Made by a program: the position numbers and the translations under genes. From NCBI GenBank assembly GCA_951406725.2, contig OX597817.1, forward strand, positions 104,718,001 through 104,782,000: a stretch of DNA of 64,000 nt, read 5' to 3'. This document shows, piece by piece, positions 26,545-39,893 of this stretch (its first letter is position 1; every line of letters starts with the position of its first letter). The notes under the pieces are model-generated. The model saw nothing but the letters and a program-made list of their open reading frames with translations. It was not told the DNA's origin and did not search any database. Source of the DNA: Octopus vulgaris (Eukaryota).

Positions 26545-26880
26545 TAACCCCAGGTCAACAGACGTATGATCAAAGGCGGTCAAGCAGTGATCATCTTGTT
26601 TTTCTGTATAACAGAGACTGCTTTATCCAATGTGAACTTCCTACTTTTTAGGCAGCAGGCTATGATTTGAGGAAGATTTCAGCAGTCGTATAATCAAAGG
26701 CAGTCAAGCAAAGATCATCCCGTCTTTTTGTACAAAAGAAACTGCATGTAAATTTATCCAATGCGAACGTCTATTTTTATTTTATATATATATATATATT
26801 GTTTTTGACACAAGAGGGAGTGGTTTGCGTGAGATTTGGTCGTTATTTCTAGCAGGTCCGACGAACACGTAGAAGATCCC
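26545..26880. repeat. Two tandem copies of a short dispersed repeat; also near 2140-2340, 29250-29430, 38255-38450 and 40040-40210
   Basis: Shared cagacctatgatcaaaggc...gaccatc...gatttgag.gagattt..ctatttctagcag-like consensus. Confidence 0.6.
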
Positions 26881-27081
26881 GCATTAGATCGAAATAAGGG
26901 AAGTAATTCAGAAACTTGCTAATATGTAAAAAGTGGTTTGAGACTGTGAAACCGGAAATAGCGATTGCTTCAACAGTGCTACACTGTCAAAACGAAAAAT
27001 CACAGCGGAAGTGAGTACCTCAGAATCAGCTTCAAGTATCGGCAATTTTCCGATTGTTTACTAAGTTTTTATTGAGTAAGT
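26880..27081 (+). promoter_or_regulatory. Candidate COPS7 promoter and non-coding first exon
   Basis: Locally CpG-retaining unique DNA with ETS-like accggaaa (26951) and gcggaagt (27005). Donors aa|gtgagt (27011) and ga|gtaagt (27076). The ATG exon at 35118 opens with an acceptor, so an upstream exon is expected. Confidence 0.4.
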
Positions 27082-28357
27082 TTTGTATTGAGACTACAAA
27101 ATATTTTTCATTCCAGATTTATCGCATCATCTGTTAAATGACGTGAATTAATTAATCCAATTTTGGGGGCAGAAAGCTGCTGGACTTCATTAGCGATGAA
27201 GGATACAGCTGAATAATGATACAGCTTTTGTCAAGGAATAACAATGTTTTGGCTAAGAAGTCGAAAAGTTAATTTGCTGTAATTATATCTTTTGTAATTT
27301 AACAAAATATCATTGTTTTTAAACATTTCTCGTATGCTATTTTGTAGATTGTAATTAGAAGATCTTTAATTAAAAGATCGATATTTAGAAAAATCTAAGA
27401 ACTCCGAAATAACCAATTTCTCATATGCATAAAATTCGGATATAATAGGGGTAGCGAAAAGATAGTAATGACATTCATACCAAACACGGAAACACCATCA
27501 TTTTTTATATCGGGAGTTGAAATCGAGTCGTGGCATTGTTTTACTGGTAGTTCGCATCTCAGTTGTATTGAGGGGGTTGTTGCGGGCGAGTCCCCCAATA
27601 AAGCTTCATTAATTCTACAAAGTATTCTGGAATATTTTAGTGCAATAGATATCTTTCTTGATATTTTCAGTTTAAGATAACCTCAAATTCTAATTATCTG
27701 CTATTGTTTCACTTATAATATGTATGAGTGCGTTAATATATCATTATTACAGAAGTTTCAATACACACACACACATATATACATACATACATATATACAC
27801 ACACACACACATATGGGACGTTTCCAGTACGTTTCGCTTCACTGAAAATAGATAATGTTCCACTTCAAAAGATTCTTATTTCCTGAACATGTAATTGCTG
27901 ACTTCGACAATTCTTTTTTGTTTTCGTTAATATTGGAGTCATGACAGCTGAATGATGTCAAAAACTTTAGGTGATGCACTAACATTGTTGGCAACATATG
28001 TATTTGGCATGTGTGATTGTGTAGTCGGGATTCAAGAATTTGTCAGAGGTTTTCGGATATTTTTAATACTCTTGATATAGTAACATAAATATGCAATTTG
28101 AATTTATTTACTTGCAGGTGATAAAAATCTGTTCAAACTAATTATTATAAATAAATAAAATACAAGAAACGGTGGGTAAGAATTAATATTGTAAAAGATT
28201 CATTAGTTATGTCCCTTTAAATGCTGTAACATTCACCTAACTCTTTCTGGTCCATTGTAGTTCTTTCGTATCATTTGTTCTTGAACTTATCTTTTGTCCG
28301 CTGTGTGTGTATGTATGTATATATATATTCACTCGCACACACACACACACACATATA

Positions 28358-28403
<46 letters not shown>

Positions 28404-30481
28404 TACATACTCTGTCTATTTAATTGATAACTACACTGGTTCGAAATTATGTAAATATTCGAACCTTAATATGATTATAATGTTTTACATTAAAATATCG
28501 TTTAAAGAAGCACTCGTTTCCACCACTGGCCGTTAAAGTTTGGACAATTTTAATCCATCATTTGATACTCAAGGCAATGACAGGTTCTTGAAACATCAAT
28601 CTAATTTAGTTTTTTTTTTTTTTTTGTCTCTGACTCTCCTTTAACCGTTGCTTATGAACAATGTTTCATATTGGTCTCTCGTTGATATTATATATTGTAT
28701 TGAATCTACAATATGTTTAACTTTTGTTTAATGTTACAAACTGGGCAATTAAGGAATTTTTTTTAAAAATACTGCTGAACGAGAAAAATCTATTACGCTA
28801 GATATTCAGTTTATAGCGTCAACATTATGTTAGAGGAGGCATCAAATCTTTATATTACACCCTGTCGACTTCAAAGAAGAATGCTGTGCTTCTGGTTGCA
28901 CACTACGTGAAAATAGAAAAAGAAGTATGAATTTACGACATGCATACTTTTCACCAGGGCTGAAATGTAAACAGCACCGACTCAGAAATGCCAGTCATAG
29001 AATGTTGAAGTTTATTCCATTTGTGCAAACTATAATCAGCCAATATGAATTTTTGTTTTACAACATCAAAGTAAAAGGATTTTCATTTATTATTCTTCTT
29101 ATGGAAATTAATTCTATGTCTGTACTCAAATTTCAACAGTAATTTTGGGTATGGCTGTTTTTTTTGTTTTGTTTTTTTTTGGAAGGCCAGTGGTAATTAA
29201 TGACAAGAATGTTTTTAAAATATAACTGAATCAACTGATATGTTGCTCTTTCACCCCAAATCAGCCGGATTGAACATATATTTTATCAAAGGTGTTCCAG
29301 CAATGACCATTTCATTTGTTTCAGACATAATGTATCAAGGACTACATTTTTCAATGTCTTTTTTTTTCACAAGGCAGTAAGATGTGACTTGACTGCCACT
29401 TCTAGCAGTTTGAGTGACCATGTAAAGCAGTGGTTCACTCATTCTTCTGGTGGCCCTGACAGTCTTTCTAGAAATATAATACGTTTCTCTTTAATTGACT
29501 TGTATTTTACTTATTTTTGTGCAGCCCCTAAAAAAATCCAAGTTTTGATCTTGTCTGGATATTAAAAGGGTTTAGAACCAGTACTGTTGAGACATTGGCC
29601 AAAATACTTCTGAAAATCCAGAAGGAAAGATCAACTCTTACAATCCATCTTTTATTAATTCTGTTATCCCACCTTGATAGGGGTTGAATATGTTAGCTCT
29701 TCAAATGTAGTCTATTATTAGACTTAATACATTGCTTTGAGCATAGTTTCTTAGTTTTAGGTTTTACTATCTTGGTTTGCAATTCAAATATTTTTGCTCA
29801 TTCTTAACCCTTTTGCCTGTCCAAAGCATTTTCATAAGTCCATTCTTATTTTCAGTCTTTCAGTTAGACCTTGTTTCATATGTTCTGAGTAAATATAAAA
29901 CTTTCCTTTCACAAATCCCAGGTTACTCTGGTGGTTGGAAAAAAAATTGGGAATGTACATCATATACAATAGATGGACACCATGAAAGCCTGTCCCGTGT
30001 ATTTTATGTGAGATACAGGACAGATTTCCTCAGTTTTGTCAAAATTGATTTTGTCTTTCAAACCAACATAGCACATCTTGTGCATCATTTAAAAAACTAA
30101 AATTTTTACATCAATGCATTGTGTCTTTAATTCCTTTAACAATATCACAGAAACTCGATGACCATTATGGAAATATTCTATAAAATAGGATAAATCTAAA
30201 TTTATTTGTACACTAATCCCTCACCATATCGTGGTTTATTATGTCACTTCCTCTGTTGTATTGTTTTGCATTTATAATAAAATAAATGTATACAAATTAT
30301 AAAAAATAAAAAAAACAGTACAGTACTGTTTCTACTTTGCGGATTTTCACCTATTGCGGGTGCTTTGGAACGTAACTCCCGTGAGAAGTTGGAAAATTGG
30401 TCTTCTTGGAACAGTAATCAAAAAAACTCTGCAAAAATAGATGTTAATGTATCATTTATTACGTTCCCTTTCTCCCATTGA

Positions 30482-30698
30482 TTAACTCTTTAGCATTCAG
30501 ATTGCTTTATCAAGTGTAATACTTTTTATTCACATCGTTTTTAATTAAGCATGCATTATCTTGTTTCGATGATGTAATTATTTATTTTCCAGAATGATAT
30601 TGTAGAGTAGAAGTGAGAGATCAGATCTATCCTGTTTGAACATAAATCACATAGAATATTTGGGCTTGATATGGTTGGTTTAAATGCTAAAGGATTAA
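30482..30698 (+). mobile_element. piggyBac-type MITE (TTAA-flanked, ccctttagcatt-type TIR)
   Basis: ttaa-ctctttagcatt...aatgctaaagga-ttaa. Copies near 15500-15713(+), 39486-39695(-), 40415-40630(-), 40808-41030(-) and 47025-47242(+). Confidence 0.75.
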
Positions 30699-30739
30699 AG
30701 CAGCAAAAGATATTAGTTTTATGTGAAAGAATATATTTT

Positions 30740-31042
30740 TTATTTATTTATGCGCCCTTTTCAAGCCTAGCCAGGCTCATGGGCCCGGTTTCTGTGGCGT
30801 ATGTGTTCCCCCCAGCTGGACGGGACGCCAGTCCATCGCAGCGTTACCCAAGAAACAGGAAGAAAGAGTGAGAGAAAGTTGGGGCGAAAGAGTACAACAG
30901 GGATCGTCACCAACCCCTGCCGGAGCTTCATGGAGCTTTAGGTGTTTTCACTCAATAAACACGCAACGTCCGGTCTGGAAATCAAAACCGCAATCCTCCG
31001 ACTGTGAGTCTGCTGCCCTAACCACTGGGCCATTGTGCCTCC
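30740..31042 (-). mobile_element. tRNA-derived SINE, third family; related pieces near 14235-14400 and 50430-50645
   Basis: Minus-strand head gaggcacaatggcccagtggttagggcagc...ggttttgatttcc and an (aaat)n tail. Confidence 0.65.
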
Positions 31043-34000
31043 AAAAGAATATATAATGCTTGAGAAGACTTGTCAAGCCAAATCAAATTGTAATTGTGGC
31101 CATTGTCATGTGACTGGCATGTAAAAGGCACCCATTACAGTCTTGGAGTGGGTGACATTAGGGAGGGCATCCAGCTGTAGAAACCATACCAAATCGGATT
31201 GGAATCTGGTGCAGCTCTCCAGCTTACCATCTAACCCATGCCAGCATGGAAAGCAGACATTAAATGATGATGATGAGTACCATGTGTTTGATGACTGATT
31301 TTTATGTCTTTTGTTCACATTTTCTAGGATAAGTAACAACATTTTTACACATCTTTGAGAATTTGGTTGAAAAATGAACAATGCTTAGTATTGTGTTTGA
31401 GTATTAGAAATAACATTTAGTTGTAGAAATATCTGTAATCAGTTCAAATAGCAACTGAATTTGAAATACTTTCAAATCTCTATTGGTATAGAAATCATTA
31501 TCCTTTCATGTTCTCTTTTCCATTTTGGCATTGGTTAGGTCTCAATTCTTATCACAGTTCTTTATCATCTAACACACATGGTGCAACCAAAAGAAAAAAA
31601 ACTGGCCAACTTTGTTATAAACCTCATGTTTTCTGGCTTGATTTCTTTATGGTTTGTGGAGTCCATGTTTCCTCTATTTATTCCTTCCTATCACATTGAT
31701 AGCTCTCTCTCTCTGTATCTTGTGCTGATATCTCTGTCTTCATTGTATGAATAGGATGGAACTCCTTTCATATACTTCTCAACTTGTTCAGACTGTCTGG
31801 CTTTCTTGATAGGTTGTCGTCACTACTCAGGATGCCATTCTTGATTATCCTTACTGAAGGGGTAAGTCAAAGAGCTATAATGTATCCAGTTAGTAGCAGT
31901 TGGAAACTACAAAAGGGTGGGCATTTAGTTATCCAGGGGGAAATATTGTAGTGGTGGCAGACCCAATATGCTGATCGTAGCTGGGACAATGTTCTAAAGT
32001 CAGGCAGCATGAATGTGTCAGTCATTTGCACCAACTTGTTTCCATACAAAAGGATATTAAGGAATGGAATGAGAGATATATTTAAAGTCTAAATTAGGGT
32101 ATGCAGATACCTTGAAAATATTTCATGGGAGTGATGACTGTACCTTACACAGTTACAGGCTGCCCTTTGGCAAGGCATAACACCTGTTTAGTCACCCTGC
32201 CAGGGATACGGTGAAGTCATGGGACTGCAGCATGGTGGATTGAGAAGAGAGCTGAGCCAACAGTGCTTCTTACATTGATGCTGAGCAGAGGAATCCTAGA
32301 AGATCAACAGTCAGGATCACAAAGCTCTATCAAGAGAGTAACTGCAACACATCCATAGGGGTGGCATTCATGGTTGTGTAATCAGCTAATGAAAGATTCA
32401 CTAAGATTCAAGCTCCCAATTCAAATTCATGATAATGGAATTAGATGACAGCAGAGAGTCATGGGAATCTGCAAAAACAGCTGAAAAGAAAGTCAAAATT
32501 AAATGGAGTTCTTGACTTGCAACCTATCTCTGCTGTTTCTTCTTTTCTTCTTTTAACATTTTGAATCAAACCTAGTCAAACCATGTGTCTTGGACAATGA
32601 TGAAAAGAGAGAGAGAGGTGGGTAGGCAGGTGGATATGTAAATATGTTAAAGTATCATATTTGGTTATTGTCCTTTGATTATACTTAGTATATAACTCAT
32701 ACAATTACCTTTCATAAATATGAAACAGTTTGATTTTTTTCTAATGCCAGTTCAAGCATAAATTTTCTCAATGTTTTTACTCTTTGTTACTTCTGAGTAG
32801 ATTTTACATGGATTTTGATATATAAAGTAGCATTCCATGATGACTGATATAGTAAAAAGAATGCATACATGCATTTGTTACTTTTGTTCATCATAAACAG
32901 CTTCAGTACACCTCTGAAAATGCAGCACTGGCAGCTGAGGTTAGGGCAAAAATCTTTCAATAGCATTATTGTGCGGATGCAAAAATAACCAATGTTTGTT
33001 TTATAAGAGAGCATGTTGTTTGCACACTGTCAGCTAGACTCATGTCTTTTCAATGAAACACACAAGTTGTTTTGTGATGAATATTCATAATGAGACTTTT
33101 GTTTACTGAACTGCAATGAAATGTTAGCTATTTTCATTGCTTGCACTCTGTTGCTACATAAGGATTCTAAAATATGTATTTTACAGTCTGGAATCATTTT
33201 AAGCTTTAAAAATTATCATCATTATGTATCTAAATTCAATCGGATGTTGCTTCGTGGCTGATTAGTTGTCTGTTGTCATTTTTTCCCTTCAGTTGCATTA
33301 CATGTGGATATTATGTGTAGGCTTTCTAACTGTATGCCCAATCATATTACATTTTAACATTATGTATTTATTTCCTTGTTTTTTTTTTTTTATCAAAATC
33401 AACTTTTGGCCTGCTGTCTCTGGAAGCCATGACAGTCAAACAATATGTCTCCATCTGTTTTCTATATTGGACTTTGCAATCTATCTATATATTTAGATAC
33501 TTTGGCATCTTGTTCTACAAACTGTTTATAAAGATTCTTTCATCATTTATAAAACATACCTGTATTTTTATTGTTTACAGATTTCAACTATCTACTTTGT
33601 GTGATTCTAAAATTCAAAATAACTGATAAGAATGTCTATGTTCTGACTCTTATAATTGGCATAAACTCTACTATTCAAATTACTTTCAGTGTTGAGACAT
33701 ATTTTTTAACCTTTAAGCAGACTTTGTATTTTGCATCAATGTAGTCCTGTTCTTATTTGTTTCTTTCATTTAAGACAATGGTGCTAGATAGATTATTGAA
33801 AAAAAAAGTTTATCCATTTAATCTCTAAAATAAGGAGATTAGTTGTCATCATTTTCCTATCAATTATTATTTATTCTTCTGCTATTTGTTCTAATTGTTA
33901 CATTAAAAAAGAAAATAGTCAGTCATAAGAGAAATACTGCTTGTGACCCTAAAGGCCTTCTCAGACTGTTGAGATTGATGCAATGTGACATCTGTTAAAC

Positions 34001-34461
34001 CAGTATCTGAGGAGGAGGAATTTAGAAAGTGTTCAGTGTAGAATGTGAGTAGTAAAATACAACAGTAATAACAAGGTAAGAAAGCCAGGTGTGTTGGATG
34101 TGCATTGGTACAGGAATCATGTTGCCAGCTAGAAACAGATGGTGTTAGAATATTGGTTTCAAATTTTGACACAAGTTTGGAGGAGAGATTACGTTGATTA
34201 TGTCAGCCCCAGTGTTCAACTTGTACTTATTTTATTGACCCCAAAAGGATGAAAGGCAAAGTCAACCCTGGCAGAATTTGAACTCAAAATGTAAACACGG
34301 GTGAAATGCCACTAAGCATTTTCCTGGTGTGCTAATGATTCTGCCAGCTTGCCACCTTAGATGATGTTATAATATTAGTTGAACAAAGAAGAAACAGCTC
34401 ATCTATGAGCTGGTGGCTGTTGTATGTCTGCTGATCAGCCTGATGAGTTATTTATTTAACC

Positions 34462-34778
34462 TAGTGGTTCTCAACCAGGGTCCCTATGATCCCTGTAGTC
34501 CATATAAGATTGTGTAGGGTCCACACTAGCAAAATAGTAAATTGGGGCCGTGAAAAACTTTTGCTTTAGATGTATTTATTGCAAGAAACAGTGAGATTTT
34601 ATTTCTCTGATGTTTTACAGAATTCAGCCTACATAAGTGAATATGTGATAAACAAACTAGGAATTCTGAAAGAAATATCTATAAAACTGGTTTTTAAACA
34701 TTGAATGGCTATGGGGGTCTACCCAAATAAAATAGTAATCAAAGAGGTCCATAGACGAAAAATGGTTGAGAATCACTG
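34462..34778. mobile_element. hAT-type MITE
   Basis: TIRs tagtggttctcaacc and ggttgagaatcactg; degenerate 8-bp TSD atttaacc/acttaatc. Confidence 0.75.
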
Positions 34779-35130
34779 ACTTAATCCTTTTCATAGTGCT
34801 GTTGAAAATATACTACCTTTGTCAATAAATTTTGAAATTAATGATGAATTTAATTAAATAGCTGTCATTATTAATTTTCTGTTTGGTATGCAAATTGATT
34901 TGAAACTTTAATGGAAGGTTTTTAATTAAATCCGTATGTAATAAGGAGTTTATATCCTAGAACTAGGGGCTGTCTTGGGCTTATTGGTATCAAAAGGGTT
35001 ACATAGTTTTACAGTAAGTTACTCTGGTTATAGTTCAGACCTCTTAAAAGAAATGCAAGTTGTAAAAGCCATTTGTCTTCAATGTTTGTTTACATTATTA
35101 AATATTTCTCTTAATAGTGATTTAAACAAT

Positions 35131-35286
35131 ATGACAGAAAAAACTTTAGTCAACCGCCTGGAAGGATTTATAGAAAAGGCCAATACAGTGAAAGGTGAAG
35201 AAGCTGTCAAACTTATACAACAGGTTTTAGATCACCCAGGGATATTTGTATTTGGAGAACTCCTTGATTCACCCAACATCCAACAG
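35131..35286 (+). CDS. COPS7: COP9 signalosome subunit 7, coding exon 1 (MTEKTLVNRLEGFIEKANTVKGEEAVKLIQQVLDHPGIFVFGELLDSPNIQQ)
   Basis: QVL..PG.(F/Y)VFGELL is the CSN7 N-terminal signature. Acceptor ttaatag at 35117, donor gtaaga at 35287, phase 0. Confidence 0.93.
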
Positions 35287-35679
35287 GTAAGACCTTAAAT
35301 ACATTTGCTCTTTTTGAAGATCTATTTTTTGTTTTTATTTGGGTTTTTTTACACCTCCTATAGGTGTGGCTACATGGTTAAGAAATTTGCTTCCCAACCA
35401 CATGGTTCTGGTTTCAGTTGACACTATTGGTACCTTAAGCAAGTATCTTCTGCTATATGCCCTAGTTTGACCAAAGCCTTGTGAGTGGAGCTTGTAGATT
35501 GAAACTGAAAGAAGCCTGTCATGTATATCTACCAGATCTTCTAAGTAACTTAATTTCAATTTATTCATTGTGCTATGTCAAAGGAACATGTGTGATTGGT
35601 TGGACCTGTTAGAAGTGGCAGCATGACATATGTGTGTATGTATGTATGTATGTGTGTGTATATATATATATATATATAT

Positions 35680-35890
35680 AATCAAAATACGGAGAAAAGG
35701 AGACAACGAGAAAAAGCCGCAATGCGAGGACATGGTACATGCAAAGTATTAATAAGATGCTCAGAGAAGGAAAGAAAGAGTGGTTGTTTTATGTTTTGAG
35801 CAAAGCTCTTATTCGGAAACAAGAGACAGGAAAGTTCAAAACAAAGGGAAGGAGGAGGAAAAAAATTGCCAGCAGTCCACATGTAGTTAT
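35680..35890 (-). mobile_element. (TA)n-linked element of about 200 bp with a degenerate minimal hammerhead motif (35784-35822)
   Basis: Homologous to 55659-55856. Minus strand reads ttgttt-ccgaata-a-gagc-ttt-gctc-aaaa-cata-aaacaa. Confidence 0.55.
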
Positions 35891-36179
35891 ATATATGTGT
35901 GCGTGTGTGTGTGTTTTACTGTGTCCTTGCCTTGACATTACATGATTGCTGTAAATGAGTATCTCCATCAAGCTGTTGGTGTTCCTTCATCTCCAGTCTT
36001 CCATAAAAACACGTCTAATCATGGGGAAATGTTACCATACTTGGAAACAGGTGAAGGTTGACGACAGGAATGGCATCTGGCCATAGAAAATGGACTTTAA
36101 AAACAATGATTATGTAGATGTTATTCTGTTCAGTTTCATATGATTAAATTAATTGTTTTATATATGTATTTATGAATAG

Positions 36180-36258
36180 CTGGAACATGATGAACAAACA
36201 GCCCCTTATTTTCGACTCTTTAACCTTTTTGCTTATGGAACATATAATGATTACAAAG
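36180..36258 (+). CDS. COPS7: COPS7 coding exon 2 (LEHDEQTAPYFRLFNLFAYGTYNDYK)
   Basis: LFAYGTY.DY CSN7 motif; ag/gtaaga boundaries; 79 nt, ending in phase 1. Confidence 0.95.
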
Positions 36259-36347
36259 GTAAGATTTTATTTTAATTGTGATTGTGTTCTCTTATTTAAA
36301 TAATCATTAATTCTTTTATTGCAAAAATAAATTTCATAGTTATTCTC

Positions 36348-37240
36348 AATCATCATCATCATCATCATCATCATCATTTAGCGTCCGCTTTCCATGCTAG
36401 CATGGGTTGGACGGGTCAACTGGGGTCTGTGAAGCTGGAAGGCTTCGTCAGGCCCAGTCAGATCTGGCAGTGTTTCTACGGCTGGATGCCCTTCCTAATG
36501 CCAACCACTCCGCGAGTGTAGTGGGTGTTTTTTACGTGCCACCTGCACAGGTGCCAGACAGAGCTGGCGAACGGCCACGAACGGATGGTGCTTTTACGTG
36601 TCACCGGCACGGGGCCAGGCGATGCTGGCAACGGACACGAACGGATGGTGCTTTTATGTGCCACCGACACGGGGGCCAGCCGAGGCTGACAACGAACACG
36701 AACGGATGGTGCTTTTACGTGCCACCGACACGGGGGCCAGCCGAGGCTGACAACGAACACGAACGGATGGTGCTTTTACGTGCCACCGACACGGGGCCAG
36801 ACAGAGCTGGCAAACGGCCACGAGCGGACGGTGCTTTTACGTGCCACTGACACGGGGCCAGACAGAGCTGGCAAACGGCCACGAACGGACGGTGCTTTTA
36901 CGTGTCACCGGCACGGGGGCCAGCCGAGGCTGACAACGAACACGAACGGATGGTGCTTTTACGTGCCACCGACACGGGGCCAGACAGAGCTGGCAAACGA
37001 CCACGAACGGACGGTGCTTTTACGTGTCACCGGCACGGGGGCCAGCCGAGGCTGACAATGAACACGAACGGATGGTGCTTTTACGTGCCACCGACACGGG
37101 GCCAGACAGAGCTGGCAAACGGCCACGAACGGACGGTGCTTTTACGTGTCACCGGCACGGGGGCCAGCAGAGGCTGGCAACAGACGCGAACGGATGGTGC
37201 TTTTACGTGCCACCGACACGGTTGCCAGACAGAGCTAGCA
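36348..37240 (-). mobile_element. RTE-LINE 3' UTR fragment with an expanded internal 60/61-bp tandem array (about 36520-37240)
   Basis: The (atc)n tail and flank match 60423-60800. The anchor acgga(t/c)ggtgctttt recurs at 36581, 36641, 36702 and on to 37190. Confidence 0.85.
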
Positions 37241-37370
37241 ATAATGATGTTAAATATCAAAAAGTTTTTTTTTATACAAGTCCCTTGTCCTCAGTAATCT
37301 TGACTTTTGCAACAAAAGTAGTTTCAAACATGAGACATTCTACAACAAAAAAGAGATTGGTATATAGTAT

Positions 37371-37780
37371 AGGTGCAGGCATGACTGTGTGGTAAGAAGC
37401 TTGCTTCCTAACCACATGGTTCCAGGTTCAGTCCCTCTGTGTGGCACCTTGGGCAAGTGTCTTCTACTGTAGCCATGGGCAGACCAAAGCTTTGTGAGTG
37501 AATTTGATTGACAGAAATTGAAAAACCCTTGTTTTATATATATATATATGTATGTGCGTGTCTTTGTGTCTGTGTTTGTCCTGCACCTCTACTTGGCAAC
37601 TAGTGTTGGTGTGTTTATGTCCCCATAACTTAGTGGTTCATCAAAAGAGAACAATAAGTACCAGGCTTTAAAAAAATTAGTCTTGGGGTTGATTCAATTC
37701 AATTAAAAATTTTTCAAGGCGGTTCCCTAGAATGGCCACAGTCTAATAATTGAAACTAGTAAAAAATAAAACAGTAAAAG
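37371..37780 (+). mobile_element. SINE, dominant family
   Basis: A/B box head and the accttgggcaagt core. Confidence 0.8.
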
Positions 37781-39804
37781 ATTTAAAACTACTTTGTGCA
37801 ATTAAGGGTAGGATAATGAAATTTTGAGTGGATACATCTGCTTTCCATAGTAAAAGGGTTAAATATAAACATAATCTATCTGTAAAACTGCTTTTAACTG
37901 TATGTGAAAGCAAAATCAGTTAAAATCTATTTGTGCTTTATCTCTTTTCCTATTTCATGACCACAACATCAGAACCAGTTTAATTTGCAGTTGCTTTTTT
38001 TTTTGTCTTTTTTTAATTAGATGCCAATTTAGTAGTCCTTTAAAATAATGCTTTCTAACCATTTCTGGCTATGTTTTTGTTACAATCTTCTGTGGTTTCG
38101 TAAATTAAAACATTTCATTAATGTTGACACTTCCAACATTATATGCTGCTATAAGCCTGGAGATAATAACAGTTAATTATACTGTTAATATTCAAAAAAT
38201 TTCATTAAACATTTAAGAAAACAATCTTTATTTAGGAATATTAAATTAAACTTGTTTAGTCCCTGATGAACCCTATTTGAGTAGACCTATGATCAAAGGT
38301 TTCTCACCTGACTATCCTATTTTACTTTTGTATATCTAGAAATACATTATGTAATGTGTCCTTCATTTTTTTTAAGCCAGTGAAGTGTGGTTGGAGAGAA
38401 TTTAGCTGCTATTTTTAGCAACTCAAGAGATCACTTAGAGACACTTTTTACTGAAGTGAAAAAAATTGTTTTCTTTTTCATAATTTGTGGCTGGTAAAAA
38501 AACTATATAAATATCTAAAACTCTCAATAAAATGGATCATAATAAACTAATTTGTTTTGAGTTTTGAAATAGTTTCAAATTTTTGCACAAGACTAGCATT
38601 ATTTTATCAACCTCAAAAAGCAGAATGGCAAAGTTAACCTTGGTGGAATTTGAACTCAGAATGTAATGAGTCAGTAGAAAGGCATTTTTTTCCAATCCTT
38701 TACTACCTTCAGATGATATTTTGAGTTTTGAAATATTAAAATTGATACCAGAGCAACAGAACCTTGTAGAGGAGTCACTGTCTAATGTCTAGCCAGTAGC
38801 ATTTGGCCACCTCTGTTAATTCCTCCTCTTTACCCATAAGAGTTGTGACATTTCACTTTGGAGTCCTGGGACACACATCCTTTATGCTTTCACTCTGTAC
38901 CTCCCAGAAAAAGTTGCAGGCTTATTGTTGGTTGTATCAGCATTGCATGGAGACTGCAATATATTTTACAAATGGACTCCTCTGCCTAAGATCTGAACAT
39001 GTCCCATGTTAATGTGTGCAATAGACAGCGTAGTATGGTTGTTCTTTTGAACTCCTTTCATTTGGCAGTGTTCACACAAGGCACCAAACTGGCATTTATT
39101 TTTGATCCATGCAATATTAAAAAGTAAAATTATGCATTTTACATAGTATATTCATTTTACAGCAAGATGGAGATGATGCAGACTTGGTGCATTGAGAAAT
39201 CAGTGCTGCATGCTGTTGCCATGTAAAATGCACCCAGTACATTCAGTAAAGTGGTTGGCATTAGAAAGTGGAGCATTCAGCTTTAGAAACCATGCCAAAA
39301 CAGGCTATGGAACCTGGTGTGGCTCTTGGCCTTGCTAGCTTCTGTGAAACCATACAACCCATGCCAGCATGGATTACAATTGTTTCATGTTGATGATGAT
39401 GATGAATCAAATTTGATGAGACATAAAATTGTAAATGAATCAAATGGTTGGGGATAAGCATACATTCATCCTTCTTATTTATTTTCACCCTATACCATTT
39501 AAACTGCTTGTATCTGGCTCAAATATTCAACCTAGTATATGTTCAAACTGACCAGATTTGGCCTCTCACATATACCCTTCAGTGTCATTCTAAAAATAAA
39601 CAATCACATCATCAAAATCTTGAAGTTACAAGATAATGCACAATTAAAAGCAATGTATTATATTTCACAGAACAATCCGAATGTTAAAGGGTTAAAATAT
39701 TGCATTTTTTTTTGCCAACTACTAAATCTCTCATCTGATTTATTGTAACAGGGATTAATTATTTTACTTGTTACCACTGGTTAATTCTTTTTTTTTTTTT
39801 ACAG

Positions 39805-39893
39805 AACAAAAAGATAAACTACCAGAGATAACAAATTTTCAATTGCTTAAATTACGACATCTTACACTGGTATCTATAGCAACTAAACAGAAA
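39805..39893 (+). CDS. COPS7: COPS7 coding exon 3 (EQKDKLPEITNFQLLKLRHLTLVSIATKQK)
   Basis: KLRHLT.VS.A motif; poly-T acag acceptor and gtaagt donor; 89 nt restores phase 0. Confidence 0.95.

Noticed and set aside
31560-32520. Possible LINE 5' end or endonuclease remnant on the minus strand
   Set aside because: Too degraded to support with recognisable motifs by eye.
34975-35130. N-terminal extension of the ORF containing COPS7 exon 1
   Set aside because: Non-ATG start in intronic sequence upstream of the acceptor at 35117; CSN7 similarity begins at ATG 35131.
36520-37240. Repeat/variable pattern resembling a CRISPR array
   Set aside because: The variable parts are only two or three recurring variants, the unit derives from the RTE 3' UTR, there are no cas genes, and the context is a eukaryotic intron.
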